Origin: Alphaproteobacteria bacterium
Lineage (GTDB): Bacteria > Pseudomonadota > Alphaproteobacteria > UBA828
DNA: 64,000 nucleotides
Direction: 5' to 3'
Assembly (NCBI GenBank): GCA_963667785.2
Contig: CAXXMU010000006.1
Location: 672,001-736,000, forward strand
Position 1 is the first letter of the stretch. Each line of letters starts with the position of its first letter. The translations under genes and the position numbers were made by a program. This document shows, piece by piece, positions 21,628-32,698 of this stretch. Below the pieces are notes generated by a model. The model had not been told where the DNA came from. It was given only the letters and a program-made list of their open reading frames with translations, and did no database searches.

Positions 21628-22323
21628 CTAGCGCGCGGCGAACTGCTTGGCGCCGAACATGATGGAGCGCTCTTCCTCGGTGAACTCGGGCTTCTTGCGG
21701 ATCTGGTCGGCCATCACGTCGAGGCCGCGCCTTACCGCCGGCCGCTCCTTGTTGCGCTCCAGCCAGGCGCCGAGATGGGGATAGTCCTCAAGCTCCTGCC
21801 CCTGGTTGTACCAGAGCCGCATCCACGGGAAGATCGCCATGTCGGCGATGGAATAGTCGCCGGCGATCCAGTCGCGATCCGCCAGCCGCTTGTTCACCAC
21901 GCGATACAGCCGGCTCGCCTCGTTGGTGTAGCGCTCGACGGCGTAGGGGAGCTGCTCCGGCGCGTAGTTGCGGAAGTGGTGGCACTGGCCGAGCATCGGC
22001 CCGACATTGCCCATCTGGAAGAAGAGCCACTGCAGCACTTCGGCCCGGCCGCGCTCGTCCGCCGGGATGAAGCGGCCGTGCTTGTCGGCGTAGTGCAGCA
22101 TGATGGCGCCGGATTCGAAGAGGCTGAGCGGCTTGCCGTCGGCGCCCTCGGGATCGACCACCGCCGGCATCCGGTTGTTGGGCGCGATCGCGAGGAAGTC
22201 CGGCTCGAACTGCTCGCCCTTGTTGATATCCACGGGGATCACGTTGTACGGCAGGCCCAGCTCCTCGAAGAGGATGGTGAGCTTCCACCCGTTCGGCGTC
22301 GGCCAGTAGTAGAGATCGATCAT
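21628..22323 (-). CDS. Glutathione S-transferase (YfcG-like)
   Basis: MIDLYYWPTPNG, PNNRMPAVVD, FESGAI; start reset to 22323. Confidence 0.92.
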   Translation of the reverse strand: MIDLYYWPTPNGWKLTILFEELGLPYNVIPVDINKGEQFEPDFLAIAPNNRMPAVVDPEGADGKPLSLFESGAIMLHYADKHGRFIPADERGRAEVLQWLFFQMGNVGPMLGQCHHFRNYAPEQLPYAVERYTNEASRLYRVVNKRLADRDWIAGDYSIADMAIFPWMRLWYNQGQELEDYPHLGAWLERNKERPAVRRGLDVMADQIRKKPEFTEEERSIMFGAKQFAAR

Positions 22324-22465
22324 GGCGCCCTTCTCCCTCGCCGCCTCGGGCTGGATAGCGGCCCGGCGGCGCGCCAGAGTTATGACCAGACCGCGCCGGC
22401 CGGTCAATGTCACCGGTCTGCAGGCTCATGTCCTGTTCCCTCCGACCCGGTCATTACCCCACACC

Positions 22466-22553
22466 GTCATGCCCGGGCTTGTTCCGGGCATCTTGTCGAG
22501 CCAGGCCACACCCGGGTGGGCGCGCGGATGGCCGGGACAAGCCCGGCCATGAC
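22466..22553. repeat. Palindromic intergenic repeat (GTCATG-CCGG family), copy 1
   Basis: gtcatgcccgggcttgttccgggcatc ... gatggccgggacaagcccggccatgac inverted ends, each itself a hairpin; related copy at 56263. Confidence 0.8.
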
Positions 22554-22598
22554 ACCAAGGGGCACCGCGCAGGCCGTGATCCTGGTGAGAAGAGCGGG

Positions 22599-23588
22599 CT
22601 AGAAGTGCGTGTAGCCCGCTCGTGCCAGCGGCAGCGGCCGGCCGTCGGGGCCTGCGACGGTGACGCCCTGCCCGCCCTCGATGCTGCCGATGCGGGCGAG
22701 CGCGAGGCCGAGGCGCTCGCCCAGGGCGGAGACCGCACCGCGCGCGGCCTGTGGCGCGCAGAAAAGCAGCTCGTAGTCGTCGCCGCCGCTGACGAGATCG
22801 GAAATGCCCGCCTCGCCGGCGGCGAGCGCGCGCCGGGCCGGGCCGGAGAGCGGCACGGACTCGGCCGCGACGCGCGCGGCCACGCCCGATTGGGCGGAGA
22901 GATGGCCGAGATCCGCGACCAGCCCGTCGGAGACGTCGATCGCGCAGGTGGCGAGGCCGACGAGCGCCGCGCCGAGGGCGAGGCGGGGCTCCGGCAGACG
23001 GTAGCGCCGGCTTAGCGCTGCGCGGTCCTCGGGCGAGAGCGTTGCGAGGCCGCCCTGCACCGCGCGCAAGCCCAGCGCCGCATCGCCGATGGTGCCGGAG
23101 ACGTGGATGTCCTCGCCCGCGGCCGCGCCCGCGCGGGTGAGGCAGGCGCCGTGCGCGACCGTGCCGAAGGCCGTGAGCGAGAGCACCGCCGGCCCCCTGG
23201 TCGCCACCGTGTCGCCGCCGATCAGCACCACGCCGAAGTCCTCCTGGTCGCGGGCGAGCCCGGCCGCGAACCCTTCCACCCAGTCCTCGGCGGTACCCTC
23301 GGGCAGCGCAAGGCCGAGCGCGTACGCCGTCGCTTCGGCCCCCATGGCGGCTAAGTCCGAGAGGTTCACGCGCAGCAGCCGGCGGGCGAGCGTGGCGGGG
23401 TCCTCGTCCTGCGGGTAGTGGACGCCGGCCACCATCAGGTCCTTGGTGACGACGAGGCTCGCGCCCGCCGGCGGCGTCAGCAGCGCGCCGTCGTTGCCGA
23501 GCGCGAAGGCACCGGGCGCGGCGCGGCTCAGCGGCGCGAAGTAGCGGGCGATGAGGTCGAATTCACCGCGCCCGCGCCGGCCGGTCAT
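22599..23588 (-). CDS. thiL: Thiamine-monophosphate kinase
   Basis: EFDLIARYF, VNLSDLAAMG, LIGGDT, DVSDGL, GGDDYEL; follows nusB. Confidence 0.95.
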   Translation of the reverse strand: MTGRRGRGEFDLIARYFAPLSRAAPGAFALGNDGALLTPPAGASLVVTKDLMVAGVHYPQDEDPATLARRLLRVNLSDLAAMGAEATAYALGLALPEGTAEDWVEGFAAGLARDQEDFGVVLIGGDTVATRGPAVLSLTAFGTVAHGACLTRAGAAAGEDIHVSGTIGDAALGLRAVQGGLATLSPEDRAALSRRYRLPEPRLALGAALVGLATCAIDVSDGLVADLGHLSAQSGVAARVAAESVPLSGPARRALAAGEAGISDLVSGGDDYELLFCAPQAARGAVSALGERLGLALARIGSIEGGQGVTVAGPDGRPLPLARAGYTHF

Positions 23589-24087
23589 GGTCCGCTCCGT
23601 CCGCCATCTCCGCCGCGCGGAGCCTTCGCGCCAGGCTGTCGAGCGCGCCGTTGACGAACGCCGGCTCGCGCTCGGAGAAGAACGCGCGGGCGAGCTCGAC
23701 ATACTCGTCGATCACCACCCGCGCCGGCACGTCCGGGCAGGCCGCGAGCTCGCAGGTGGCCGCCCGCATCAGCGCACGCACGACGGCGCCCAGCCGCTCC
23801 ATGCTCCAGCGCTCGGCGAGGGTCGCCGCCACCAGCGCGTCGAACTCGTCGGCCCGCGTAGCCGCCTCGCGCACGGTGCGCTCGAAGTGGCGGCGGTGAG
23901 GAGCCGCGTAGCGCTCCCCGTCGATCTCGTGGCCGGCGCGGTGGCTCAGGAACTCCTCGATCACCTCGTCCGCCGACTGGCCGGACATCTCGATCTGATA
24001 GAGGGCCTGCACGCAGGCGAGCCGTGCGCTGCTCCGCCCCTGGCCGGGAGGCGTTCGCGCCGTGGCGGCGCCCGGCGCGGTGCCCAT
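23563..24087 (-). CDS. nusB: Transcription antitermination factor NusB
   Basis: ARLACVQALYQ, VVIDEYVELA, FVNGALD; between ribH and thiL. Confidence 0.93.
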   Translation of the reverse strand: MGTAPGAATARTPPGQGRSSARLACVQALYQIEMSGQSADEVIEEFLSHRAGHEIDGERYAAPHRRHFERTVREAATRADEFDALVAATLAERWSMERLGAVVRALMRAATCELAACPDVPARVVIDEYVELARAFFSEREPAFVNGALDSLARRLRAAEMADGADHDRPARAR

Positions 24088-24092
24088 GGCGC

Positions 24093-24531
24093 CTACTCCC
24101 GGGCCTCGGCGCCGAGGGAGGCGCGGAGCGCCATCATCGCGAGACACGCGCCCGCGGCATCGGCGCCCTTGTTGCGCCGCTCCGTCGCCGCCCGCTCCCA
24201 GGCCTGCTCGCGGTTCTCGGCGGTGATCACGCCAAAACCCAAAGCGATGCGGTGGCGTTCGGCGAGCATGGCGAGCCCGCGGGCGCATTCGCCGCAGACG
24301 TGATCGTAGTGGCTGGTCTCCCCCCGGATGACGCAGCCGAGGGCGACGAAGCCGTCGAAGCGGTCGCTGTCGATCGCGAGCGCCAGCGCCGCCGGCAGCT
24401 CGAAGGCGCCGGGCACGGCGATGCGCTCGTGGCGCACGCCGGCCTCGTCGAGCGCAGCAGCGGCGCCCCTGACCAGCTCGTCGGCGATATCGGCGTAGAA
24501 GCGCGCCTCCAGGATGAGGACGCACGGCCCC

Positions 24532-24539
<8 letters not shown>
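24093..24539 (-). CDS. ribH: 6,7-dimethyl-8-ribityllumazine synthase
   Basis: VPGAFELP, GCVIRGETSHYD, NKGADAA. Confidence 0.96.
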
Positions 24540-25689
<1,150 letters not shown>

Positions 25690-25698
25690 CTCGACCCG

Positions 25699-26292
25699 TC
25701 ACTGCCCTGATTGGAGGCGCGCAAGGTAGCGCGCGATCAGGTCCACCTCAAGGTTGAGGCGGCGGCCGGCGGTGCAGTCGTCCAGCGTGGTGCAGGCGAG
25801 CGTATGGGGAATCAGGTTGATCCCGAACAGCGCGCCGTCGACCTCGTTCACCGTCAGCGAAACGCCGTCGAGCGCGACCGAGCCCTTGGCGGCGACGAAG
25901 CGCGAGAGCTCCGCCGGGCAGCGCAGGGTGAGACGGAGCGATTCGCCCTCGGGCTCCGCGCCCTCGACCAGCGCGACGCCGTCGACGTGGCCGGTCACCA
26001 GATGGCCGCCGATCTCGTCGCCAAGCGCGAGGGCGCGCTCCAGGTTGACCCGCGTGCCCGCGCGCCAGTCGCCGAGTGTGGTGCAGGCCATCGTCTCGCC
26101 GGAGACGTCGACGGCGAACCAGCCCGGCCCCGTCTCCACCACCGTGAGGCAGGGGCCCGAGCAGGCGACGGACGCGCCGAGGGCGATGGCGGCGGTATCG
26201 TAGGCGGTGCCGATCTCCAGCCGGCAGCCGCCGCCGGCAGTCTCCGCGACCCTTCGCACCCGGCCCACATCGGTGACGATGCCCGAGAACAC
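25699..26292 (-). CDS. ribE: Riboflavin synthase
   Basis: (M)FSGIV start, GASVACSGPCLTV, VNLERAL, GGHLVTGHVDG. Confidence 0.95.
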   Translation of the reverse strand: MFSGIVTDVGRVRRVAETAGGGCRLEIGTAYDTAAIALGASVACSGPCLTVVETGPGWFAVDVSGETMACTTLGDWRAGTRVNLERALALGDEIGGHLVTGHVDGVALVEGAEPEGESLRLTLRCPAELSRFVAAKGSVALDGVSLTVNEVDGALFGINLIPHTLACTTLDDCTAGRRLNLEVDLIARYLARLQSGQ

Positions 26293-26302
26293 GGCGCGCC
26301 CC

Positions 26303-27436
26303 TCAGGCCGCCGGTACCAGGGTGTCGTGGGCGTCCTCGCCGAGCGATGCGGACGCGACGCGGACGAAGCGCGCCATCTCGCGGGCGCGCGCGATCCCGA
26401 GCGGGGCGAGCGCCGGCACGCCGTCGCCGCCGATGGCGCCCGGTGCGCGGAACCATTCGATCCGGTCGACCAGCCCGGCGCCGAGCAGGGAGGCCGCGAG
26501 GCGGCCGCCGCCCTCGACGAGCACACGGGTGATCCCGCGCGCGGCCAGCGCTTCCAGCGCCGCCGCCAGCCGGGGGCGCCCGTCGGCCTCAGCCTCGACC
26601 TCGATGACCTCGACGCCTGCCCCGCGCCAGGCAGCGTGCCGGCCGTCGTCGCCGAGAGCGGCCGTGGAGACGATCCAGGTGGCGACGTCGCCGGCGCTCG
26701 TGACGAGTGCGTGGCTCTGCGGCAGCCGGGCGCTGCCGTCGATGACGATGCGCACCGGGCTCGCGTCGCCGAGGCCCGGCAGCCGGCAGGTGAGCACCGG
26801 ATCGTCGGCGAGCGCGCTCGCCGCGCCCACCATCACGGCGTCGTGGCTGGCCCTCAGCAGGTGCCCGCGCGCTCTGGCGCGGTCGCCGGTGATCCAGCGG
26901 CTGTCGCCGCTCCGCGTCGCGATGCGGCCGTCGAGGCTGCTGGCGAGCTTGAGCGTAAGATGGGGCCTGCCGCGCTCGATCCGCGAGAGAAAGCCCGCGT
27001 TGAGCGCCCGGGCCTCGGCCTCCATGCAGCCGCGCGCGACCTCGATGCCGGCGGCCTCCAGCCTGGCGATGCCGCCGCCGGAGACGCGGGGGTCGGGATC
27101 CTGCAGCGCGATGACGGCACGCGCGATCCCCGCCTCGATCAGCGCATCCGCGCACGGGCCGGTCTCGCCCACATGCGCGCAGGGCTCGAGCGTGGTGTAG
27201 CAAGTGGCGCCGCGCGCGCGCGCGCCGGCGCGGCTCAGCGCTTCCGTCTCGGCATGGGGCCTGCCGCCGGGCTGAGTCCAGCCGCGGCCGACGATGCGGC
27301 CGGCCTGCACCAGGACGCAGCCCACCGCGGGATTGGGCCACGCCCGGCCGAGGCCCCGGCCGCCGAGCGCCAGCGCCAGCGCCATGAAGCGGCGGTCGAG
27401 GCCGGCGTCGGTCCTGGCGGCCCTGGCCGCGGCCAT
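26303..27436 (-). CDS. ribD: Bifunctional riboflavin deaminase/reductase
   Basis: PNPAVGC, HAE, TLEPCAH..PC, KLASSLDG, VEGG. Confidence 0.96.
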   Translation of the reverse strand: MAAARAARTDAGLDRRFMALALALGGRGLGRAWPNPAVGCVLVQAGRIVGRGWTQPGGRPHAETEALSRAGARARGATCYTTLEPCAHVGETGPCADALIEAGIARAVIALQDPDPRVSGGGIARLEAAGIEVARGCMEAEARALNAGFLSRIERGRPHLTLKLASSLDGRIATRSGDSRWITGDRARARGHLLRASHDAVMVGAASALADDPVLTCRLPGLGDASPVRIVIDGSARLPQSHALVTSAGDVATWIVSTAALGDDGRHAAWRGAGVEVIEVEAEADGRPRLAAALEALAARGITRVLVEGGGRLAASLLGAGLVDRIEWFRAPGAIGGDGVPALAPLGIARAREMARFVRVASASLGEDAHDTLVPAA

Positions 27437-27440
27437 GCGC

Positions 27441-27899
27441 CTAGCCCCGCTCGTCGGCGAGCCCGCCGATGAACTCCTCGAAGTCCTTCTTCTCGCCGAA
27501 GTTCTTGTAGACCGAGGCGAAGCGGACATAGGCGACCTGATCGAGGGCGCCGAGCGCCTCCATCACCATCTCGCCGATCACGCTGCTCGGGATCTCCGTC
27601 TCGCCCAGGCTCTCGAGGCGGCGGACGATGCCGGTCACGACGTGATCGACCCGGTTGGGCTCGACCGGCCGCTTGCGCAGCGCGATCTGCATCGAGCGCA
27701 GCATCTTCTCGCGCTCGAAGGGAACGCGCTGGCCGTCGTTCTTGATCACCGAGAGCTCGCGAAGCTGGATGCGCTCGAAGGTGGTGAAGCGGCCTGCGCA
27801 GTTGGTGCACTGCCGGCGGCGGCGGATCGCGGTGTTGTCCTCCGTCGGCCGCGAATCCTTCACCTGGGTGTCGTCGTTGCCGCAGAAGGGACAGCGCAC
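27441..27899 (-). CDS. nrdR: Transcriptional repressor NrdR
   Basis: [29 protein letters not shown]. Confidence 0.97.
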   Translation of the reverse strand: MRCPFCGNDDTQVKDSRPTEDNTAIRRRRQCTNCAGRFTTFERIQLRELSVIKNDGQRVPFEREKMLRSMQIALRKRPVEPNRVDHVVTGIVRRLESLGETEIPSSVIGEMVMEALGALDQVAYVRFASVYKNFGEKKDFEEFIGGLADERG

Positions 27900-27912
27900 G
27901 GCGAACCTCCTC

Positions 27913-29223
27913 TCAGGCGTGGCCGGGATAGACCGGGAAGGCGGCGCAGAGCGCCCGGACCTCGGCGCGAATCTCGGCCGCGCGGTCCTCGCCGGCGCCC
28001 GGCGCGCCGGCCTCGATATCGAGCAGATCGGCGATCCAGCCGGCGATCCGCCGGAACTCGCCCTCGCCGAAGCCGCGGCTGGTCGCCGCCGGCGAGCCGA
28101 GCCGGATCCCCGACGTCACCCAGGGCTTCTCGGGATCGAAGGGAACGCCGTTCTTGTTGCAGGTGATGCCGGCCTCTTCCAGCAGGGCTTCCGCGCGCTT
28201 GCCGGTCAGCCCCTTGGCGCGGAGGTCGACGAGCAGGAGGTGGGTGTCGGTACCGCCGGAGACGATGTCGTAGCCGCGTTCGATCAGGGCCGCGGCGAGC
28301 GCCTTGGCGTTGGCCACCACCTGGCGGGCGTAGTCCGCGAACGCGGGTTGCATCGCCTCGCCCAGCGCCACCGCCTTGGCGGCGACGACGTGCTCCAGCG
28401 GCCCGCCCTGAAGGCCGGGGAAGACGGCCGAATCGATGCGCTTCGCCAGCGCCTCGTCGTCGCTCAGGATCATGCCGCCGCGCGGGCCGCGCAGCGTCTT
28501 GTGGGTGGTCGTGGTGACGATGTGGGCGTGCGGGAAGGGGCTGGGATGGATCCCCGCCGCGACCAGGCCGGCAAAGTGGGCCATGTCGACCATGAAGAGC
28601 GCGCCGACCTCGTCGGCGATCGCGCGGAAGCGCGCGAAGTCGATGATGCGCGGATAGGCGGAGCCGCCGGCGAGGATCAGCTTCGGCTTCTCGGCCCGGG
28701 CGAGCGCCGCCACCTCGTCGTGGTCGATCAGCCCGTCCTGACGGCGGACGCCGTACTGGATCGCCTTGAACCACTTGCCCGAGAGGTTGGGCGGCGCGCC
28801 GTGGGTGAGGTGCCCGCCGGCCGCGAGCGACATGCCGAGAAAGGCGTCGCCGGGCTGCAGCGAGGCGAGAAACGCCGCCTGGTTCGCCTGCGCGCCCGAG
28901 TGGGGCTGCACGTTGGCGAAGCCGCAGCCGAAGATCGCGATTGCCCGCTCGATGGCCAACCGCTCGCCGATGTCGACGTTCTCGCAGCCGCCGTAGTAGC
29001 GCCGGCCGGGATAGCCCTCGGCATACTTGTTGGTGAGCACTGAGCCCTGGGCATCCAGCACCGCGCGGCTCACGATGTTCTCCGACGCGATCAGCTCGAT
29101 GGTCGTCTGCAGGCGTTCCACCTCGCCGGCCACGGCCGCGTATACCGCCGGATCGGACTCGCTGAGCGGTGTCGTGAAGAATGCGGCTCCGGCGCCCCCC
29201 TCGGGGCGGGTGGTGGCGGCCAT
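27913..29223 (-). CDS. glyA: Serine hydroxymethyltransferase
   Basis: [35 protein letters not shown]. Confidence 0.98.
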   Translation of the reverse strand: MAATTRPEGGAGAAFFTTPLSESDPAVYAAVAGEVERLQTTIELIASENIVSRAVLDAQGSVLTNKYAEGYPGRRYYGGCENVDIGERLAIERAIAIFGCGFANVQPHSGAQANQAAFLASLQPGDAFLGMSLAAGGHLTHGAPPNLSGKWFKAIQYGVRRQDGLIDHDEVAALARAEKPKLILAGGSAYPRIIDFARFRAIADEVGALFMVDMAHFAGLVAAGIHPSPFPHAHIVTTTTHKTLRGPRGGMILSDDEALAKRIDSAVFPGLQGGPLEHVVAAKAVALGEAMQPAFADYARQVVANAKALAAALIERGYDIVSGGTDTHLLLVDLRAKGLTGKRAEALLEEAGITCNKNGVPFDPEKPWVTSGIRLGSPAATSRGFGEGEFRRIAGWIADLLDIEAGAPGAGEDRAAEIRAEVRALCAAFPVYPGHA

Positions 29224-29252
29224 GAGCGGTTCCTCTTCTCTGCCGGCCGGGC

Positions 29253-29687
29253 TCAGGCGAGCTTGGCGACGCGCGCGCTGTGGCGGCCGCCTTCGAATTC
29301 GGTGTCCAGAAACGCCTGCAGGCAGCGGCGCGCATCGTCTTCCGTGATGCGCCGGGCGCCGAGGGCGAGCACGTTGGCGTCGTTGTGGGCGCGCGCGAGC
29401 CGGGCCTCCTCCTCGTCGCGGCAGAGCGCGCCGCGCACCGCGCGGCTGCGATTGACAGCGATGCTCATGCCGATGCCGCTCCCGCAGATGAGCACGCCCC
29501 GGTCGGCGCGCCCGCTCTCGATCGCCCGTGCCAGGGCCTGCGCGTAGTCGGGGTAGTCGACCGGGCCGTCGCCTGCCGGGCCCAAGTCGATCACCTCGCG
29601 TCCCGCCGCCTCGAGGGCTGTGCGCAGCACCGCCTTGAGGCCGACGCCCGCATGGTCGGAGGCGATGGCGAATCGCCGGTCTGACAT
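29253..29687 (-). CDS. rpiB: Ribose-5-phosphate isomerase B
   Basis: ASDHAG, DYPD, ICGSGIG, HNDANVL, FEGGRH. Confidence 0.96.
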   Translation of the reverse strand: MSDRRFAIASDHAGVGLKAVLRTALEAAGREVIDLGPAGDGPVDYPDYAQALARAIESGRADRGVLICGSGIGMSIAVNRSRAVRGALCRDEEEARLARAHNDANVLALGARRITEDDARRCLQAFLDTEFEGGRHSARVAKLA

Positions 29688-29826
29688 GGCCACCCGTCCC
29701 GCGCGGTCCGTGCGCGGCCCTGTATACGCCGATGGCCGAAGGCCGGGCAACACTTGTCGATGCACCCGTCCTTATGCGCCCGCCCGCGCGCCCGCTACAA
29801 TATATGGGCCGAGCGCGGAGGAAGCC

Positions 29827-31530
29827 ATGGATGTGGTCACGATGAACATCGTCGAATCGACGATGCTCTCGATCTGCCGGGAAATGGGCATCACCATGAT
29901 GAAGACGTCCTACTCGACGATCTTCAACGAATCGCTCGACTTCAGCTGCGCCATCGCCGACGCCGACGGCGAGATGATCGCGGTCGCCGACTACTGCCCG
30001 GCGCAGATCGGCGGCATGACGCTGCTCATCAAGTCATGCATCCGCGAGATGGCGGGCGAGGCGGTGCGGGACGGCGACGTCATCATGCACAACGACCCCT
30101 ACCGGGGCGGGCTGCACACGCCCGAGCACACCTTCTTCACCCCCTTCTTCGTGGACGGCGAATTCATGGGCTACGCGGTCGCCATCGGCCATGTCGCCGA
30201 GGTGGGCGGCATGGTGCCGGGCGGCTTCGCCAGCGAGGCCACCGAGATCTTCCACGAGGGCCTGCGCGTGCCCCCGGTCAAGATCAAGAAGCAGGGCCGG
30301 GACGTGGACGAGGTCTGGAAGCTGCTGCTCGCGAACGTCCGCACGCCCCGCTACAACTACGGCGACTACCGCTCCATGATCAGCGCCTGCGAGCTCGGCG
30401 CCCAGCGCATGGCCGGGCTGATCCGCAAGTACGGCGTGCCGCTCTTCCGCCGGACGGTCGCCGACCTCATGGACTATTCCGAATCTCGCATGCGGGCGGA
30501 GATCGCCGCCATCCCCGACGGCTCGTACTCCTTCGAGGACGTCATGGAGGACGACGGGATCGACGCCCGGCCCTACCGCATCGCCGTCGACATGGTGGTG
30601 CAGGGCGACGAGATCGTCGCCGATTTCGGCCGCTCGGACGCCCAGGCGAAGGGCGCGATCAACGCCACCCTCGGCGTCACCTGCTCCGCCACCTACAACG
30701 CCATGCTGCATCTCACCGACCCGTCGATCCCGCGCAACGCGGGCTGCTACCGGCCGATCCGCGTGCTGGCGCGCCCGGCGACGGTGGTGAACGTGGACTT
30801 CCCGGCGCCGGAGGTCGGCGGCAACACCGAGACCCACGTCCGCATCTGCTACACGGTGATCGCCGCGCTCTCCCGCTGCCTGCCAGAGCGCGCGTTTGCC
30901 ACCGACGCCGGCACCCACGGCAACTTCCTCTTCGGCGGCCACGATCCGGTCAGCGACGAGTATTACGTCTGCTACGACTTCATGGTCGGCGGCTGGGGCG
31001 GGCGGCCCTTCGCCGACGGCAACAACACCTGCAACCTGATCAACGGCAACTGCCACACCGTGCCGGTCGAGGTCTACGAGAGCCGCTACCCCTGGCTCGT
31101 CGAGAACCTCTCGCTCACCGAGGATTCGGGCGGCGCCGGCAAGTACCGGGGCGGGCTCGGCTCGACCAAGACGCTGGAATGCACGGCCGACGAGATCACC
31201 ATCAGCTACATGGCGGACCGCCACCGCAACACCCCCTGGGGTCTCTTCGGCGGCGGCGACGGCGGCTCGGCCGCGCTGCTCATCAAGAAGGCGAACGAGA
31301 GCGCCTGGAAGGACGTCTGCGAAGGCTACGACAAGGTCTCGCCCAGCAAGTTCGGCAACGTCTCGGTGCGACGCGGCGATCGCGTCCGGCTCATGTCGGG
31401 CGGTGGCGGCGGCTACGGCCCGGTGGCGGAGCGGGCGCGCGAGCTGGTGGCCGAAGACGTGGCCGAGGGCTTCGTCTCGGCGGAAGCCGCCGCCGAGCAC
31501 TACGGCCGCGCGGCGCGCGCGGCGGAGTAG
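29827..31530 (+). CDS. Hydantoinase B/oxoprolinase family protein
   Basis: [39 protein letters not shown]. Confidence 0.92.
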   Translation: MDVVTMNIVESTMLSICREMGITMMKTSYSTIFNESLDFSCAIADADGEMIAVADYCPAQIGGMTLLIKSCIREMAGEAVRDGDVIMHNDPYRGGLHTPEHTFFTPFFVDGEFMGYAVAIGHVAEVGGMVPGGFASEATEIFHEGLRVPPVKIKKQGRDVDEVWKLLLANVRTPRYNYGDYRSMISACELGAQRMAGLIRKYGVPLFRRTVADLMDYSESRMRAEIAAIPDGSYSFEDVMEDDGIDARPYRIAVDMVVQGDEIVADFGRSDAQAKGAINATLGVTCSATYNAMLHLTDPSIPRNAGCYRPIRVLARPATVVNVDFPAPEVGGNTETHVRICYTVIAALSRCLPERAFATDAGTHGNFLFGGHDPVSDEYYVCYDFMVGGWGGRPFADGNNTCNLINGNCHTVPVEVYESRYPWLVENLSLTEDSGGAGKYRGGLGSTKTLECTADEITISYMADRHRNTPWGLFGGGDGGSAALLIKKANESAWKDVCEGYDKVSPSKFGNVSVRRGDRVRLMSGGGGGYGPVAERARELVAEDVAEGFVSAEAAAEHYGRAARAAE

Positions 31531-31535
31531 CGGGG

Positions 31536-31742
31536 CTAGGACTCCGGCCTCGGCCGGGGCGGGCGGCGGGTCGCGGCCTCGACGTCCGCCGCAGTCCAGC
31601 GCCGCCCGTCGCGGGTGAGGAAGCCGCGCGCGTTGAGATGCCGGGCCAGAGCCTCCGCGTCCCGCGCGCCGCGCGAGCGGGCGAACGCCAGCTCCGCCCG
31701 GATGCGGTCCGCGAAGTAGTCGCTCTTTCCGCCCGCGCTCAC
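31536..31742 (-). CDS. Small protein with recombinase-like helix-turn-helix
   Basis: LARHLNARGFLTRDGRRWT resembles the IAxxLNxxGxxTxxGxxW motif of serine recombinase DNA-binding domains; starts 3 nt after the rhomboid stop. Confidence 0.6.
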   Translation of the reverse strand: MSAGGKSDYFADRIRAELAFARSRGARDAEALARHLNARGFLTRDGRRWTAADVEAATRRPPRPRPES

Positions 31743-31745
31743 GCC

Positions 31746-32654
31746 CTAGTCCCTCCGCCCCCAGGGGCTTCGAGGCCGCCGTCCCCAGGGGCCGCGCGCG
31801 CCGCCGCGGTCCTGCGGATCGCCGCCGTTGGGCCGGGCGGCGGGCGGCTCCTGCCAGGGCGCGTCGCCGTCGGCTTCGGGATCGGCGGCCTCCTCCTCCC
31901 ATGGGCCCAGTCCGGGGGTCTCGGCCTCCGGCGGCGGCCGGTAGGGCGTCCGCCTGCGGGAGCGGACGAGGCCGCGGTCGAAGAGCGGCACGCCGCGCTT
32001 CTTGAGCGGCACCACCAGCAATGCGCCGGCGGCGAAGCCGCCGATGTGGGCGTACCAGGCGACGCCCCCGCCCGCCGGGCCGGCGACGAGCGCGTTGAAG
32101 ACCTGGTAGCCGATCCAGAGCCCGAGCACGGCCCAGGCGGGGAAGCGGATGGGCATGAAGAAGACGAGGATCCAGACGCCCCGCCTGGGGTGAAGCATGA
32201 AGTAGGCGCCGAGCACGCCGGAGACCGCGCCGCTCGCGCCGATGGTGGGGATCTGCGAGGCGGGCTCCACGGCGGCGTGGGTCAGCCCCGCCACCGCGCC
32301 GCAGAGCAGATAGAAGAGCGCGAAGCGCCAGTGGCCCATCGAGTCTTCGACGTTGTCGCCGAAGATCCAGAGGTAGAGCATGTTGCCGAACAGGTGCCAG
32401 AAGCCCCCGTGCAGGAACATCGAGGTGACGATGGTGAGCCAGGGCGTCACCGTGATCATCTCGGGCTCGCGCCTGAGCTCGCCGAGCACCGTCACCGGGA
32501 TCATGCCGAGGCGGAAGATCAGCTCGGAATCGAACTGATCCCCGCCGATGGCCTGAACGATCCAGACGACGGTGCAGGCGGCGATCAGCCCCACCGTCAC
32601 GAACTGGAAGCCGATCCGGTTGAGGGGGTTGTCGTCTCTCAGCGGCAGGAACAT
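31746..32654 (-). CDS. Rhomboid family intramembrane serine protease
   Basis: TSMFLHGGFWHLFGNM, GASGAVSG, AHIGGF. Confidence 0.93.
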   Translation of the reverse strand: MFLPLRDDNPLNRIGFQFVTVGLIAACTVVWIVQAIGGDQFDSELIFRLGMIPVTVLGELRREPEMITVTPWLTIVTSMFLHGGFWHLFGNMLYLWIFGDNVEDSMGHWRFALFYLLCGAVAGLTHAAVEPASQIPTIGASGAVSGVLGAYFMLHPRRGVWILVFFMPIRFPAWAVLGLWIGYQVFNALVAGPAGGGVAWYAHIGGFAAGALLVVPLKKRGVPLFDRGLVRSRRRTPYRPPPEAETPGLGPWEEEAADPEADGDAPWQEPPAARPNGGDPQDRGGARGPWGRRPRSPWGRRD

Positions 32655-32698
32655 GGCTCAGCCCCGTTCCCGGCAGGGTGGTCGGTTGCGGCGCGCGC

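Noticed and set aside
20999-22323. Tandem GST genes as a novel system
   Set aside because: Both are ordinary YfcG-like paralogues; tandem GSTs are common
27441-27912. FMN riboswitch ahead of the rib genes
   Set aside because: Genes are packed with gaps of only a few to ~13 bp, leaving no room for an RFN element
31536-31742. Evidence for a prophage or integrative element
   Set aside because: Only a small HTH; no catalytic recombinase, att sites or phage genes nearby
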